DNA of 64,000 nucleotides, taken from contig OZ193909.1 of NCBI GenBank assembly GCA_964276515.1, positions 14,198,001-14,262,000 of the forward strand, in the 5' to 3' direction. The notes beneath the pieces are model-generated. The model worked only from the letters and a program-made list of their open reading frames with translations, searched no databases and had not been told where the DNA came from. The translations under genes and the position numbers were made by a program. Below, one piece after another: positions 26,301-41,300 of the stretch; within the stretch, counting starts at the first letter, position 1, and the number at the start of each line of letters is the position of its first letter. The DNA comes from Gordius albopunctatus. Taxonomy: Eukaryota.

Positions 26301-29300
26301 ACGGGCAAGATGTTTATATAAAATCCCTATTTCATGAAAATATCAACCAAAAATCTGTAGAGTACTAAATAGCCTCGTGTGATGGGCATTGAAATCAAGG
26401 AAATTTAAATGAATAATACAATTTTCACCCCCGAGTTAATAAAGGGTCAGTAAACAAAAAACTTCATTTTTTGCTTTCATTCAGACCAAGTGATTAAGGT
26501 ATTTTTACAAAAACATGGGTGCAGATTTGGATCCGATTCCGATGTAAATCCCACAAGTCAACTAATTTATTTTGAGCGCAAGCTTAATGTTTAATTAATT
26601 GCTATGCAAATTATGGGCTCACTTTCGGTTGTCCATCCGTCCGTCATGTCGAACTTTTACTTTTATAATAATTGCTTTGAAAATTTATACGTGTTTTTAA
26701 TTGCTGTGGAATTTGCTTCTGTAAACGACTATAATTTTTGCTTTCGCATATAGAGTAGCTAATGACCGCCGGTTTCTATGTATTCAATTCTAAAATTGAA
26801 ATCAAGCTGTATTACAATATTTTAAAAGAGAAAAGCCGTAATGTTAACTACAATATATCGAGCGATTATATGCTAAAACAAATACACCTAATAATTCACA
26901 TTCAAAGTCTTTAATTCCTACGGTTCTTCATTTTTGACATATTTAAAAGTAAAGCCTACCCCAGGGATAATGGCGTGATGGGAAGAAGATTGGTGCGTTA
27001 GCGTGGCGTAAATATCGGGGCCCGGTGAATTACTAATGCTGGTCATTGCTAGTTCTGAATGACCAAATTTATGATCGCCGTACATTTGATGACCGTTGTC
27101 TGGAAACGCAAAAAAAATGTTTTTTAATTCGAGAAATCTAAAGAAACAAAAAAATTGGGAACGAAAGTGTTAACTACAACAAGAAAATTCAAACTTCATT
27201 TAGAGTATGAATTTTTTGGTAAAAGGCCATTAGCAATAAAATCCATGATTCAAGGGAAAGTTAGGATAAATAAATATTTTTATCAAACTCAATCAATTAT
27301 TATTAAAGGCGGCGTATAAAGTTATAATAACATAAATTCACTTTAATTTGTTGACCTGTATAAATAAAGCCAACTTATTCAGTTTAAGAATTATTTTCCA
27401 AACAAACGACTGCGAATAGGGCAATTATAACATAGCATAATCCAACAAAAAGATATTTTACAAAATTAACGCTATACTTTATATCATAAAAAATATAGTC
27501 AAATTAAATCTTTCATTTAGTCTGGACTTGGATATTAGGTCTTGTTTACCGGTGGCAACGAGTGAGTTTCCTTTTCGACGGGCCATCATGTCGGACCGTG
27601 CGTTAAGTGTACCCAAAATAGCATCTTCAAGCCTGGATTTAATGCCCTCGGCAGATTTGGTGCCGCTACTAACCAAATTTTTTACCGCGTTTTTGCCCTA
27701 AAAACATGCAAACATTTGTAGTAGCTTTTTAAAATTAAATAAAAATGTTTGCGGTAGTATTTTATATACGAAAATCAATCGATATAACTTGAATTTCCAT
27801 CTAGTTGCAGTTTAAAAATTTTAAAATACTAGTATACAAACTTAAGGCGTATACATTGAATACCGTCTAGTGGAAAATTTAGACTCTTAAAATATAGCAT
27901 ATAGCTAATAAATCCATTAAAATGTTTTTCTTTTAATTTTTTTAGTTTAACAAATTTAGACGAGGAGATTATTATTACTTTGTATTCGAAAAACTTGGTG
28001 ACCATGTACAGGACTTCTAGGAATTGTGCCAAGTAGACCATGGAGAGTTCGGACCACCAATGCTTTAGCAGTGTTTTATCGATATTTTTGAGTAGCCAAA
28101 CGAAACAGCTCAGCAAATGTTTTGTGGCTTCGTAGGACAACGGCGTTCTCTTAACCTAATTTTATGCAAGCGCAAATTCACACTACTTTCAGGTGGTATA
28201 TGCATTAAAAATACAATTACGCAATATAAACTTCAGCCTGTAAACAACGCAAGCTAAGATGGATGATATCCAGGCATAAAGGTACCACGTAGTGTCGTAA
28301 AAACGCCTTATTCTTGTTTAGTCGACCAAAGGTATACCAAACAAAGCCCCCAGCCGTTTTTACGACACTAGTATCATATCAAAGCAATACAATCTCAATG
28401 ATTTTTTTTAAAGATATAAAATGGTCAGAATATATAATTTTAAATAAATGCGTTATCTAATTTTGATAAATATTACAGCAAAATGTTGATCAAACATTTC
28501 TTCGGTTAAGCTTTGACGAGCTGAGGAAGAGAAAAAAATTGAGGATAGCGGACTGTTATACGAGTCATACTCATCTAAAAATAAGTTTAAAAATTAATTG
28601 AGCAAAATGCAGCAAAAAAATTGTTGAACATAAAAAATTGAATCGTTCAAATAGTTTAGGTCAATTTAAGGAGTTAATTAAAGGATTAGAATTAACTAAA
28701 GGATTAAATTGAGGAATGTTTAAACGTATTTATCATTAAATTATTCTCCGTTGTCATTAAAAATGCTAAGGCTTTATAATATTTAAAAAGTAAAAAATTT
28801 TATTGGGAACTTCTAGATTAATAAAAAGATATGACAAAGGGGAAATGTTTAATAGTTTACTGGCCATAGAGTTTCGATTAGAACCCCCGGCACCGCTCTT
28901 GTACGTGTTAGATGCCGCGATTTGGAAAAAGTTATCGCAAAATTGAGTCACAGAATCGACGATGATGCCTAAAATTTAATAATTTTCTCATAAAAAACCA
29001 CACATCATGATTTTGCCATGTAGGCATTTGTATCATTTTTCAAGTCATTATACCAGGGCCAAATTGTGGGGTGTGTAAGTCTTTTTGCGAGAATTCATAC
29101 GCGGGCGACATTAATATAAAGCTTACTAGTCTCATCTTGTATTTAGCATAATAATAAACTTTCAAGAAAGTATTTGTACACATATTTATCGGTTGTAAAT
29201 TCAGAGCAGTCGGTTATATTTTGTTAACAAGTATATCAATAATTTCGCTTATCTGAAATTTTTCCCACTATGCAATACTCCAACACTTCCAAAATTAAAA

Positions 29301-32300
29301 CAAAATGCTATAATTAGTAAAATTTAAAAATCTATACTATTTGTCTTATAACTAAAGGATATTCTTCGTTTAATATTAATAGTAACCATATAGAGTTTAA
29401 GTTGATACCGACATCTGTAATATTCAATTGAAAATTAGGTCCCATGTAATTCTCTATAATAGCAAGATTTGCTGCAGTCAAAGCAAGCAAGGTAAAAGTA
29501 TTTTTTTTCTTCGGGTGTACCTAGAAGAGGGAAGTATAGGGAAGCTATGCGAGTTTTCACAATTTTGCCCATGCCTTTCGCCAAAACGATTTGACGTGAA
29601 TCCAAGCTATTGTTAACTCCAATTTTAACATTGTTGGGTAGGCTTGATGGATTTCCATTGTCGTAGCGTTGGTCACAATCGTGGGCAGCCAGCGATTTCG
29701 CCATGTTGTAAATGGCGCGATTGTGAAATTGGGAATACCTAATATAATTGTAAATCCCATAATTTATTAGTTACGAGCTCTAAAAAAGATCATATTATAT
29801 CTTAAATCATGACACCATAAAGTAGCATCAAGTTCCGAAACGCGATCCCATATACTTAATGTGGCGATGTAGTGTTTAAATAAAGATACTTAGAGGAACA
29901 ATAACTTTCTTGGATATTTGAACCTTTAACCAATACAAACAAATAATAAATATTAAACAAGAGTCCATTTAAATTGATTATAATGCGTCTTTAGAATAAG
30001 ACTGCTTTCTTCCTATTATTAGTGGATGTAAATTTAGATTTTGGAACTAATGAATTATTTGCCTTTTTATTTCAAATAAAACACCAATCTTTTTTAAAAT
30101 TAAAAAAACGTGAATATCAATAAATCATGGTCTTAATATTTGTCGTCTAATATCAAAGCATAATATGAAGCGGGGGAATATGGTTAAAAGGGAAAAAATT
30201 AAAAATTTTGATGTCGAAAAAAATATTTTTTCCTGATATTTTATGCGAAGGAGAGCTTAAAAAAATATCAAAATGTTCGTAAATTCGACATTTCATTAGT
30301 CCCCCCAAAAATCATGCATTCTATATAGCTGTCATGTCTTTATAAATGCAAGCCCGATCCACAAATGTTGACCCTTATTCCAAAAAAATAGTTTAAACAA
30401 TTCAATGTAATGCCCTCCCAGCTAAGGTTGTAAACCGAACAGTACCAATATTATTTGAAATGTCTTATAATCCCACAACAAGCCATTTTACAGAGATCAC
30501 GTTCCTCCTACTTTTCCTAGTAAAAAGAGAGCTGCAAAAAATGGTAGATAAAGGTACCTAGTCTCAAGCAGCCCCATTAATTCGGTCAGGAGTAAGCCGA
30601 CTAGGTAATGTTGCCTCTTAAAATCCGACGGGATCAGGTCTGTGGCAGAGTTATCTTTGAGATCACCCATTTCAGAACCTTCCGATGATGGTAGAGCAGA
30701 TGCTCTGGCATTACCTTGGTCATCCACAAACATTAAACCAGTTTCGCCCTGTGATTAAAAAAGGTATGGTCTCAAGTAGTAAAAGCAAAGTTTTCCATAG
30801 GGAGAGATTTTAAGGAGAAATTTTAGAAAATGTTGTTTTTTTCCATAATATTATATCTTTATCAACGAATGTTCAGGATAGAGTCCTGCACGTGTTACTC
30901 GAAACCAGATTCCAAGCGAAGTGGTCTGATAAAAACAAACAAAATAATTCCAATGTTTTTAACATTTACACTAAACCCAGAGGTAGACTAAAAAAAGAAA
31001 ACCCCAGCCGTTTTTACGACACTAGTTGAGGTATAAGAAAGGGTGGAATTTGGATTATAATATACACACTGATCGAATCAATAAATTACAAGATAGACCT
31101 AATATTTTATCTATTAAAGATATTTGTTGGCAAAACGATGTTTACGTAAAAATTTATATTCGTAATGTTTAATACTAAGTATTATTTTTCCCGATTTAAC
31201 CCCGTCAGGTTCATAGTTTCATTATAAGCTGGGTCACGAACGAAATATCCAAAGGTATTTTATAATTATTTTAGATTAACCCAACCCTGCAACTGAATTG
31301 TAATCTTGAGCGGGCAAAGGTAAGTTTGTGTCGTATATACTTAAAAAATGGATTTCAATTATTATTAAGTTAATGATGGGTTATGGTAAAATTGTGTTAG
31401 ATAATTCCAAATAATTCAAAATTTTTAATAATTGAGCCTCTCATGGAAGTAAATCATACCTCATCAAATAATACGGTTCCGTCCACACTTGAGCTCCGCG
31501 TGTTAAATAAATAATTGACACATCCAAGTGAAACATGGGCATTAAAGGTGATCATGGGTGGAAAGGTATTAGAAGCCATGAAGATGAGGATGATACGGTG
31601 GAGCTTGGGGTACACTAAGCTCGACCATGTGACAAATGACGTTTCAGGGCGAAAATGGGTATTTAACCGATGCCGAACTTGATCAAAGAAAATCAACTAA
31701 GGTGGCATGGTCATATACTAAGAGTAAATCGAAATGTTTTGGAGATGGAGGTGCCGAAAAAGAGAGGAAGGGGACGACCTCGAGTCACGTGGGAATGGCA
31801 AGTAGACAAAGTTATGGAAAAAAAGAAGATAAATTAGGAGGAGGCCCTTACCCGATCAAGATGGAAGAAACTCATCAAAACAAACCCCACGACCATGGGA
31901 GCTAATACATAATAAAGAAAGACACGTCGACTAATACACCCTTTGTGTGATACGTAAAATACCATTAATGTCTATGATCGATTAAGTTTTTACTATTATC
32001 ATTTAGAATCGTTTTAAAGCTGTAAAAATGGTGCCATTAAATAAAAGGAAATTTAAGGTTCAGAACCGTAAAAATAAACTAAGTGATTTTTACAATACCG
32101 GCGAGTATTAATTGATAAATAGGATAATTTTTTACATTCCAAATGCTCACCTTTGGAACTGGGGAATTGATGCTGGCTCGAGCTATGGTATTTTTGCCTG
32201 ACATTTCGGTACCCGAATTGGTAGCGGGGTGCGTAGTGACCCAAAAAACTTGAAAAGGAAGATTGACCGATAGAAAGTGTTCGTGTTCTGATAGGATTTC

Positions 32301-35300
32301 CATAAAATCCAACTTCAAACTCATTAAATGAACTGGGTCGGGAGATGTTTGAATTTTAGTAGATACCTAGTCATATTATATAAATTAAAACTATCACTTT
32401 GCAAACAATTAAAACGACTAAGTTAGCTAATTTATATATTAAGTTCTAGCCTTGATTAATATTAAAATCAAGTGAGCTCAGATATATGAATATGGAATGT
32501 AGTTATTAAAATTTGCCAAATTGAGACGTTAAGCACTTATAAATTAAAACATCAAGTCAAATTATAAAAAAGCTCCTAAAACTTTTACCATAACTTCCTA
32601 TGTATTTTATATAGTTAACATAAGTTGCAAAAATGTAATTTTATGAAGATTTTAGCCATTTGCCAGCACTAATTAAAATCGCTAATAAAATCAAAGAATT
32701 AGTTTAGGAAATATTATACTTCTGTTTAAAAAATATTTAACCTGTTTGTAGTAGGATTTTATGAGATTCATGACGAACCCAACATCCATAACAGTCAACA
32801 TGTCGTAGGTGAAATAAGCTAAGCTGGTATTTAGATCTTTGGCGAATTTGATGTCCTAATAAGGCAATTAATATAAAAATTTCACGAGTGTGTAGATTTT
32901 TTTACAATGTAGAATAGTACCAAAAACTATGAAACGGCTAAAGTTACAAAACAAATTATCCAAACTCCGTTTGAATTCTTGAATTTTAAATGTATTAAAT
33001 GGAAAGACTGTATAGTTGGTATATTTGAAACGGGAAGATAGTCAATAAAATTTATTAGGTCTAGCATGGGCTTTTTAAGAATAGGCAGACAAGGTAATAA
33101 GTGGAAAAATCTAATTATACATAAAAATTGGGGTCACTTTCGGCATTAATACCTAAGTATATAAAATGGACACTTTTAATAGATGACACATGCGACGCTT
33201 TTGAATTATAAGTTTTTCTATTGTTTTATACCCGCTCTTATATTTTTCTAAATTTAACATTTCGTTTTTATAATGTTCTTACATCAAATAAACAAAAAAT
33301 TTTAAATAAATAAATTAACTGGACAGTTCGTTTTAGTACACCAATCAATTTTTGTTTTTGTGATTTTCATTTCAATAATAAGCACGAGAATTTCCACAAG
33401 CTTCTTACTTTGGCATAACGGACTATGATATCCGACACAGCAATGTTAAAGAGTGAGGCGACATCATCGACAAAGGATTCTGAAAACAACTTTTTCCGCG
33501 ATCTCTGACTTAATTTATCGTGCTCAGCCAGGTATTCTACCATACTCTTGTACTAAATCACAAAACGAATCTCAATTTACAATAATATATTCATTGAACT
33601 CGTTAAATTGCAATTAATACAATACATAAATGACAATACTGCCTCACTATATAAAAAAACTATAAAAAGTCAAATTATAATGAATAAAAAATTGCATTTT
33701 TTACAAAGAAAGCAATTTTATTATACCAAGATTGTATAAATGTTGAAACAATTCTAAAAGATTTATTTATATAAGCTGCAATGAATTGCTTCACATTAAC
33801 TCAACATTAAAAGGAATCATCTTTGTGTGTTATGTAAACCTTTAAACATATTGTAAATAACATAAATGTTTCACAATAATATATCCCTAAGGAATTAAGA
33901 CATGTAGTACTACTATTCATCCATAATAATAGACAAGTGCAAGTTTTAAAAAATTCAAATAATAATGTAACGAGGTAGATACTATGAGTTCGAAAAAGAA
34001 CCAGGCGTTGGCTAGGGCATTTTCTCTAATTGTTCCGCTGGAAACTACAAACTGCAAACAGCATTCTTCGTGTAGGAACCGTTTCCTTAACGTAGGAGAT
34101 TTACTAAGTGAGCATTCTAATAAAAAAGCAAACAAAAAGGTGTATGCCAAAAAAATAACTAAGTACTGGAGTTGTATTAATAACGGCTGGGGGGGGTTTG
34201 CTTGATCGACCTATGGTTCAAAACGCTCGCACCTGGTCTCTTTTTCAAATTTAGACTAAGCCTTGGGGTCGATCAAGAAAAATAGACCAAAAACCGTGGG
34301 TCTGTTTGTGTTTAGTCCACCCCCAAAAACCCATTGCCCTGAAATATTGCATATAAATTAAGAATAAAATATTTTATACCACTCATATCTGGCTGTATAT
34401 CTGGGTCACTGGTGCTTCTAACGTGCAAAGACATGCTATTAGTCACAGTACTATTGATAGCCCTGGAATTACGCTTTCTTCCCAAAGTACCGTATGATCC
34501 CTTGTCTGATTTTATGGAGCATTTGGTTGCTACATACACGAAGAACACACAATTAATGCTAATGATATTTTTATTAGTTAATTATATTTTAAAACTATTT
34601 TTTATTTTATATTATTCGTTTACATTATGTTTATAATTTCAATAAAATCTGGCACTATCAAAAAAATAGCCGGTTTAGGCAATATAAATCAGCGTCAGTT
34701 TTTAGATAAACTTTTATACATGATATAATAACGCTTTCAATTTTAAACATTTATAAAACGACTGTCCCGTTATTAACCTTTAATCTGCACACGAAATTAA
34801 AACCCACCTCTCCCTAACCCTCATATATATCATGGTTCGAATATAAAGTCCTGCAAGGGTGAGTCTAGAAACCAATCAAACTAGATTGGAAAAAGAAATT
34901 TTGGGGTAAGTTTAAGGTATATTTCTTTCAATGTAGTGTTAAAGTTATAACTCTCAAAACATTTTCTACAATGTTTTATTAATTTAGAGTTTCATTGAGC
35001 TAATGATAATATATACACATCCTTGATAAATCTAATCAAAATAGCTTAGGTAGGTCCTAAATGTAGACTTCGTAAGCCTCTAGCAAAAAACACTCACAAA
35101 AAGTGTCGAGAGGGGCGTTGTTGGAAACTTGTGGTTTAACACCCCAAAAATATTGAAAAGATTTATTTGTGCTGCAGTCTTTGCCGGGACTCAAGACCAG
35201 CTCATCCAATGTCGTGTCATCGTCGTCACAGTATATGGGCATGGTGAGGCGATGATTGTGCAGATAGGAGAGAACCATTTCGATAGGCCTAAAGCGGGCC

Positions 35301-38300
35301 GGTCGCTCTTCCAAGGCAAAAGTTGAATTGTCGTTTATTTCACTACACGGTTGAGAGCTGGCGTTTTTGCCCTGAATTCGAATAGCAATGTATTGTATAT
35401 TTTTGGAAAAATCTAAGGTTGTTTTAGAGTCTTCGCCAGCTAGGTGACGCTAAAGTTTGAAGGTTTGTATAAAAAAATTTCCGAGGCGACTTAAAACATA
35501 ACATTTCCAAAGATGTGACTGGAAAAATAAGGAAATACTACTAACGGTTCAAGCAATTTTACTCTAAATCCAGATGATATCTCAAACTCGTTTATAAGTA
35601 AAGGGGATTCAAACAATTTTAGAACTAACCCAAAAAGATCTCAGCGGCCTTTAAAAGTAAGGAGGCGATACTGAACTAAACAAAAACTTTGCTACAGAAA
35701 TTAAAATATTAATTTTTTCCTGACTCATAAAACCTATAAATCATGGGAAATATTTAAGGTAACTTGAGTATTGGCTAAGTCTACTTCAGGCTTTGTTTAC
35801 AATAAAAAATTATTTAGGACAGCATTAGGTCTATTAAGCCGCAAAATTGAGTGGTGATGATGAAAATATACATAAACATGATGTAAATGTATATAAATGG
35901 GATTAAACTTAAATATTTAAAATCGAGCGACATTATAAAAGCCTAATTTGTCGTATTTAATATTTACACTGGAATTCATGCCCGACTCTATTATTTCTTG
36001 ATTTACCTGAACCATGAGTGTTGTAAAATTAGTTTGAGCCCCCGGATTCGAGGAATTGATCGTATCGTGACAAGCGTGAGAGGATTGTATTTGGGCCTGA
36101 TGTTCCCGCAATTTCGTCATCAAGCAGGCCAAACATTCAAAAACGACAGGTGCCAGGTTGACTAAATATCGTTAATTTGATTAAAATCTACAGTAATTTT
36201 AAATAAAATTAATGTCTTCCCTTTTCCTGGTCAGAGTCTTAAACAGAGATGGTAAATGACCAAGAATCATCCACACTAACTCAAAGTAAAATGTTTAAAC
36301 TCAGTTTTTGTGTGTAGGTCCTACACACACTTTAAAAGTTTGCTTACAGGCAAATTTTAAATAAATATTTCATAAAAATATTATATCATTTGCGGAAAAA
36401 ATAAAGTTAATGCAGAATATGGATAGCACCAACTATATTGCAAAAAAACAGGAAAAACTGCACTTAAAATTGCAGAGATCGCCGCTTTTTACGTGTAAAA
36501 CAGCATTTAAGATTGCATAGAGTCGAGGTTGAACCACAAAACCATCGCTGATAAAATCTCACGATGAAACTTAAAAAAACGCAACTAATCATATAAAATC
36601 GCTCAAAAATGGTTTATTCCATTGACCATACTTTGCTGTCCATCCAAGAGGAGGGGTCTAGTAAGATAGGCAATAAGCTTATCTAAAACGACATACACGA
36701 ACGGTACCAATTCGGGGACGGGCACTTCTTTGAGCTCTATCAGGCATTGCTTAAGCCTTTTTTGTCCAGCCCCGGCTCGACCCCTTTCGTGGCCAACGAA
36801 ATTGCGACCGGGCAAGGCATGGTAATTTTGGTTGTTGTTTTCCCTTTCATCTTCCAACCAACGAGTCGTGTGCAAAAATTGATTGAGGTATGGATCCTTT
36901 AATCATGAGGTTTGATTGGATAAAACATTCATTTCGTAAAAAATTAAAATTTTAACTGAAAAAAAAATCAAGAAAAATAATGAATTTAGGGTCAAGTTAA
37001 AAGAATTGATGATTAAACCAAGACTGCAATTGTTAATAGCTAAACGTAAAAAAATAAATCATTAGAGATGCTTACGTTGAAAAGTGAAATTTTCGGGCCA
37101 TTTCATTTTGCTACCGTTAAAAATATTTGCTTAAAAATAGTTTGTAATGAAAATTGTTTTTCGATGTCATTGATAATCAAAAAATTGCTTATTTGTTTTA
37201 CGTGAATATAAAATTTTTTTGACCTACAACTATTGAGCACCATGAAATTAATTTATTATAAATCTAAATGGTACAATGATAATTGGTGAATAAATTTTTC
37301 AGCGCCAAACAAAGTAATAAAAAACCTTCATTATAAGGATCATTATTTAAACCCTGATACACAGAGACATTTTAGATTTCAGATTGGGTCTAAAAATACC
37401 ATTTTGCAGGTCTCAAGGCGCGTGTAAACGAAAAAATTAAGCAAAAAAATATAAAATTCCATCATCGTTCAAGCAAAAAGTGCTTTTTTCAATCGTTCTT
37501 CCCCATAGAGTCTTCAATTAATATAATTATCGCTTTTAAGCAAAAAAAACACCAAAAAGTATAGCGTATTAGTCTCTAAAAAGCTTCATTTTAAAAAGAA
37601 ACTCCTGTTCATCCGATCTAATTAGATCAAGCGTGTTATTAAAATCAAATCGATTTCATGATTGTGAACATAACTTTAGAATAAGTTCACCGATTAGCGG
37701 ATCAAAATAAAATTCAAATCGTCAAAGTCATGACTAAAAAGTCACCTCGGAGTAAAGGGTAGAAGAGAGTTTGAGAGTGATATCGAAGAGATTTTTGTGA
37801 TTATCGAGCCAGCGGATGCCGGGGAGGGCCACTTCTGCGTCAATGTTCGAGTAAACTGGAGGTGGATGATCCAGGCAAATGGGTAGGGAATGGTCACCAG
37901 TCCTGAGGCGTGTGTCTCGCATTAATGGTAACCACTGAACGCACAGAAATAAATCGAAAAACCTCTGAGACGAGCGAAAAAAGTTAAAGTTGCGTAAAAT
38001 GGCAGCGCTAGATTAGATCAACCCACCACAGCTAGTTTTGCGGTTAAAAAGGCATAATATGAGTCGGTGTGAAAGTAGAGAGCTTCCTAAAAAACGCAAT
38101 TTTAAATCGTTTAAGGTTATAAATTATTGTGGGTGAGGTGAAGAATTCGTTAGAAATGATATGGATTCAAGCTTGAAATGGGCAAACCACAGCAGCATAA
38201 TTTAAGGTGTTTTGCAAAGTCATTTCTATTACATATTAGCTGTGGACCTATTTTTTGCTCATAAATCTTCGTAATTTTCAGGGTCGGGTCGAGTAACCCG

Positions 38301-41300
38301 GGTCAAGAAAATATAAAATAAAACTTTTAATAATGTTTATTGTATTTTACCGCAATGTAATTTTTTATTTAAGTGAAAAAGTTAAAAAGACACAACCAAA
38401 TTACTTGAATGGCTATTTACGAAAAATTTAACGTTTTTAGAACAAAGATTTTTTAAAATAGGTGTGACAGAGATCAAATATATTAAAACAGAAACGTTAA
38501 TATGAAATTTGAAACATGATTAAATATAGTGTTGAACTTAAAATAACATATATATTATTTAGGAATTGATTTATAAGCGACATATAAGTTGAAGATGAGG
38601 TGTTATTTGACATTTAATATATTGAAAGGTAAAATCTTTTGTTAACCCTGATGCTATCTAATGTTTTAAAAATCTTTGTTTGTACCAAAGTGTCTTTTAG
38701 TAAAAAAAACGGAGTCGTCTTGACAATTTTTTACTAAAGAGAACCTCTAAAGAATTTCATAAAACGGCATGAATAAATGCGTTAAAGACCTATAATTTAA
38801 AATATGGCAGCACTCCTTTAGAATGCAACACTATGAATCTAAGTGTGCTGCAATACAAAATCCAATTAATGTCTGCAAATAGTTAAAGCTAGTTATAAAT
38901 TTATTTCGGTTTCTGACCAAATATTTTAATAGTTAATAAACAATTGGTCAAAACAAAATGCGTAGTCCCTTCACTCGAAAACCTTCAGCAATTTTTGACT
39001 AAAATGGGTGATCCCTAAGAATAATCCTCTATGCGATCTTGTTTGAATTTTCAGATACAGAAGGAATTGTAAATCTTAAATGAAATACACACAAACTATT
39101 GCATTCAATAAAATTCAATCCCTATTTATTACGGTGTAACCGATGATAGTTTCTGATAGAGATTGCTGACTTCCATTGCTCCCATTGTCGGTTGCATCGA
39201 GGGGAGACGTTATTAGAGCGGAGGCCGACGCGTGGCTTTTCAGCGCTTGACAACTCACGTGGTAAAACGTGAAAAACAAGTGAAGGTTGTCCCCAACCTC
39301 AGCCGGCAAATTTATCTTTACCTCGTTGTAGAAATCCGGCATCCTATTGCACAAGGTAACATAGCATGGTTCATGTTTATAAAGGCAAATGAAATTTTAA
39401 TTATTATTATGGCCCCGGGCGCAGCCAGCATTGAGATTAGAGGGGGGGGGCAATAATGTTTTAGGGAGGGGCAAAGTGTTCCTTTTTTGAAATTTTTGCC
39501 ATAATTTTAATAAATTTTAACTACTTTTTGGATTTTGAGGGGGGCAGCCGCCCCTTCCTACTTCCCCACTTGGCTACGCACATAATTAAGCCCAAATAAA
39601 TTAAGTGATAAATTAATAAAAAATCCATGGGGCAGTAATATTCTGGGATTAAGTAACAAAACGTTTTAAAAGATTTGAAATTTAGGTAACTTTTGAACTT
39701 TACTATGTCACCTGGCTAAATTTCATTACTGTAAATGATTTAACGTTCAAAAAGTTTCTAAATAATAATTTTTAGATGTTTTTCCATTATTAGGCTACAA
39801 ATTTACTTGTTATGGTACAAAACGGTGGTGTGAGTTTCTTTCACAAATTGAGGTCCATTTGATTGCCCAAATATTGACTAGAGAAATTTATAAAATATAT
39901 AAAATTGAATCTAATTCCATTACTTGGAGCACGGATTCCTTTCCTTCCCCGTTTAAAATTTCAATTTTAACGGCGATGTTGCGGGAAGAACCGGTTCGAC
40001 TAGCGAAATTTACCCTCTTAGGATACAAGTAAAGCAGGTTTCTGACGCAAAAATAGATTTTTAAAAATCTTAAAAATTCAAACAAAAATTGCAGGGGGAT
40101 TAACTATAGTTGAATACGAATCCCCACCTCCCAAAAAACACTCATTCTCGTCATAAAATAATTTGAGCATTATTGCAATTTGTGTATTTACATAAAATAA
40201 AAAAATAAAAATTTTAAAGAATTCAGGATATTCACATATTTAGATCCAAATGGTAAAGGTTTTAGACATAAAATTTTAGCAGCGTAATCATTTAATAGGC
40301 CAAAGAACGCGTACTATCTTACACATAAAAATAATTTGAAGGCATAATACCGTTTGCATGTATTATAAATTTATAAAACTAAATGCATGGAAGATTAAAC
40401 TATCGAAATAACCCCCAAAAGATACCTAAATAATATATTGTACTAGATGAACCCGGCAAACGTTGTTTTGCCATTTACCCGGGGGGTGTATTAAATTATG
40501 TTGGAATTTTAGGGCATATATGATGATAAAGCGGTTATTGAAGTAAAAATAAAGTTTGATAATTTTTAAGCAAATAGTTAAAGGGTGTCCAAGACCCAGG
40601 CCCACCCAAGAGAGAAAACCTGGTCCTATGCAATGCCCCCTTCCCAAGGGAAAAATCTTTGGCCCCCTGGCCCTTCAAGCAATTTTTTATATTCTTTTGT
40701 AATTAAGAAACAATATCATAATTATTTGTTTCTGAATAAAACTTTTAATTCTGAACTTAATAATGTCCGAAGAACTGAGATATATCAACATTTATTGGCA
40801 CTTTGTTAATAGTATTTTCATTTTTCTCCTTATTTAACGCGCAAAAAATGACAAAATTATATTTTTTAATTTATTTAGCCACGCAGGAGGAGACACGACC
40901 ATCTTATAATCTCATGGAAATTTTTGGATAGTAGAGAAAAGGTTTTTTTGATCTGACCCCCCCCCCCCTAATTCAAAACCTGCGTACGCCCATGCTTTGA
41001 TTTAATGTTTCAAATCGTAAAAAGTTTCCATTTTCCGCAGCACATGCGTAATCCAAGAATGAAAAAATCCAATTAGAAACAAAATTTAATTATTTCAAGT
41101 TTAATTGATAAATTTTATGTTGTCACCGTTAAAAAAAGATGACGTTTTAGAAAATACTATAAATGATACACTTTTACTAAAGAACTGTATATATTCAAAT
41201 TTTCAAAGAACACGCGTTTGATTGACATTTTAATGGCAAAACGTATAAAACAAAATATCTCGAAAACTACTGGACCGATTTGGCTCGAACAAATCTAAAA

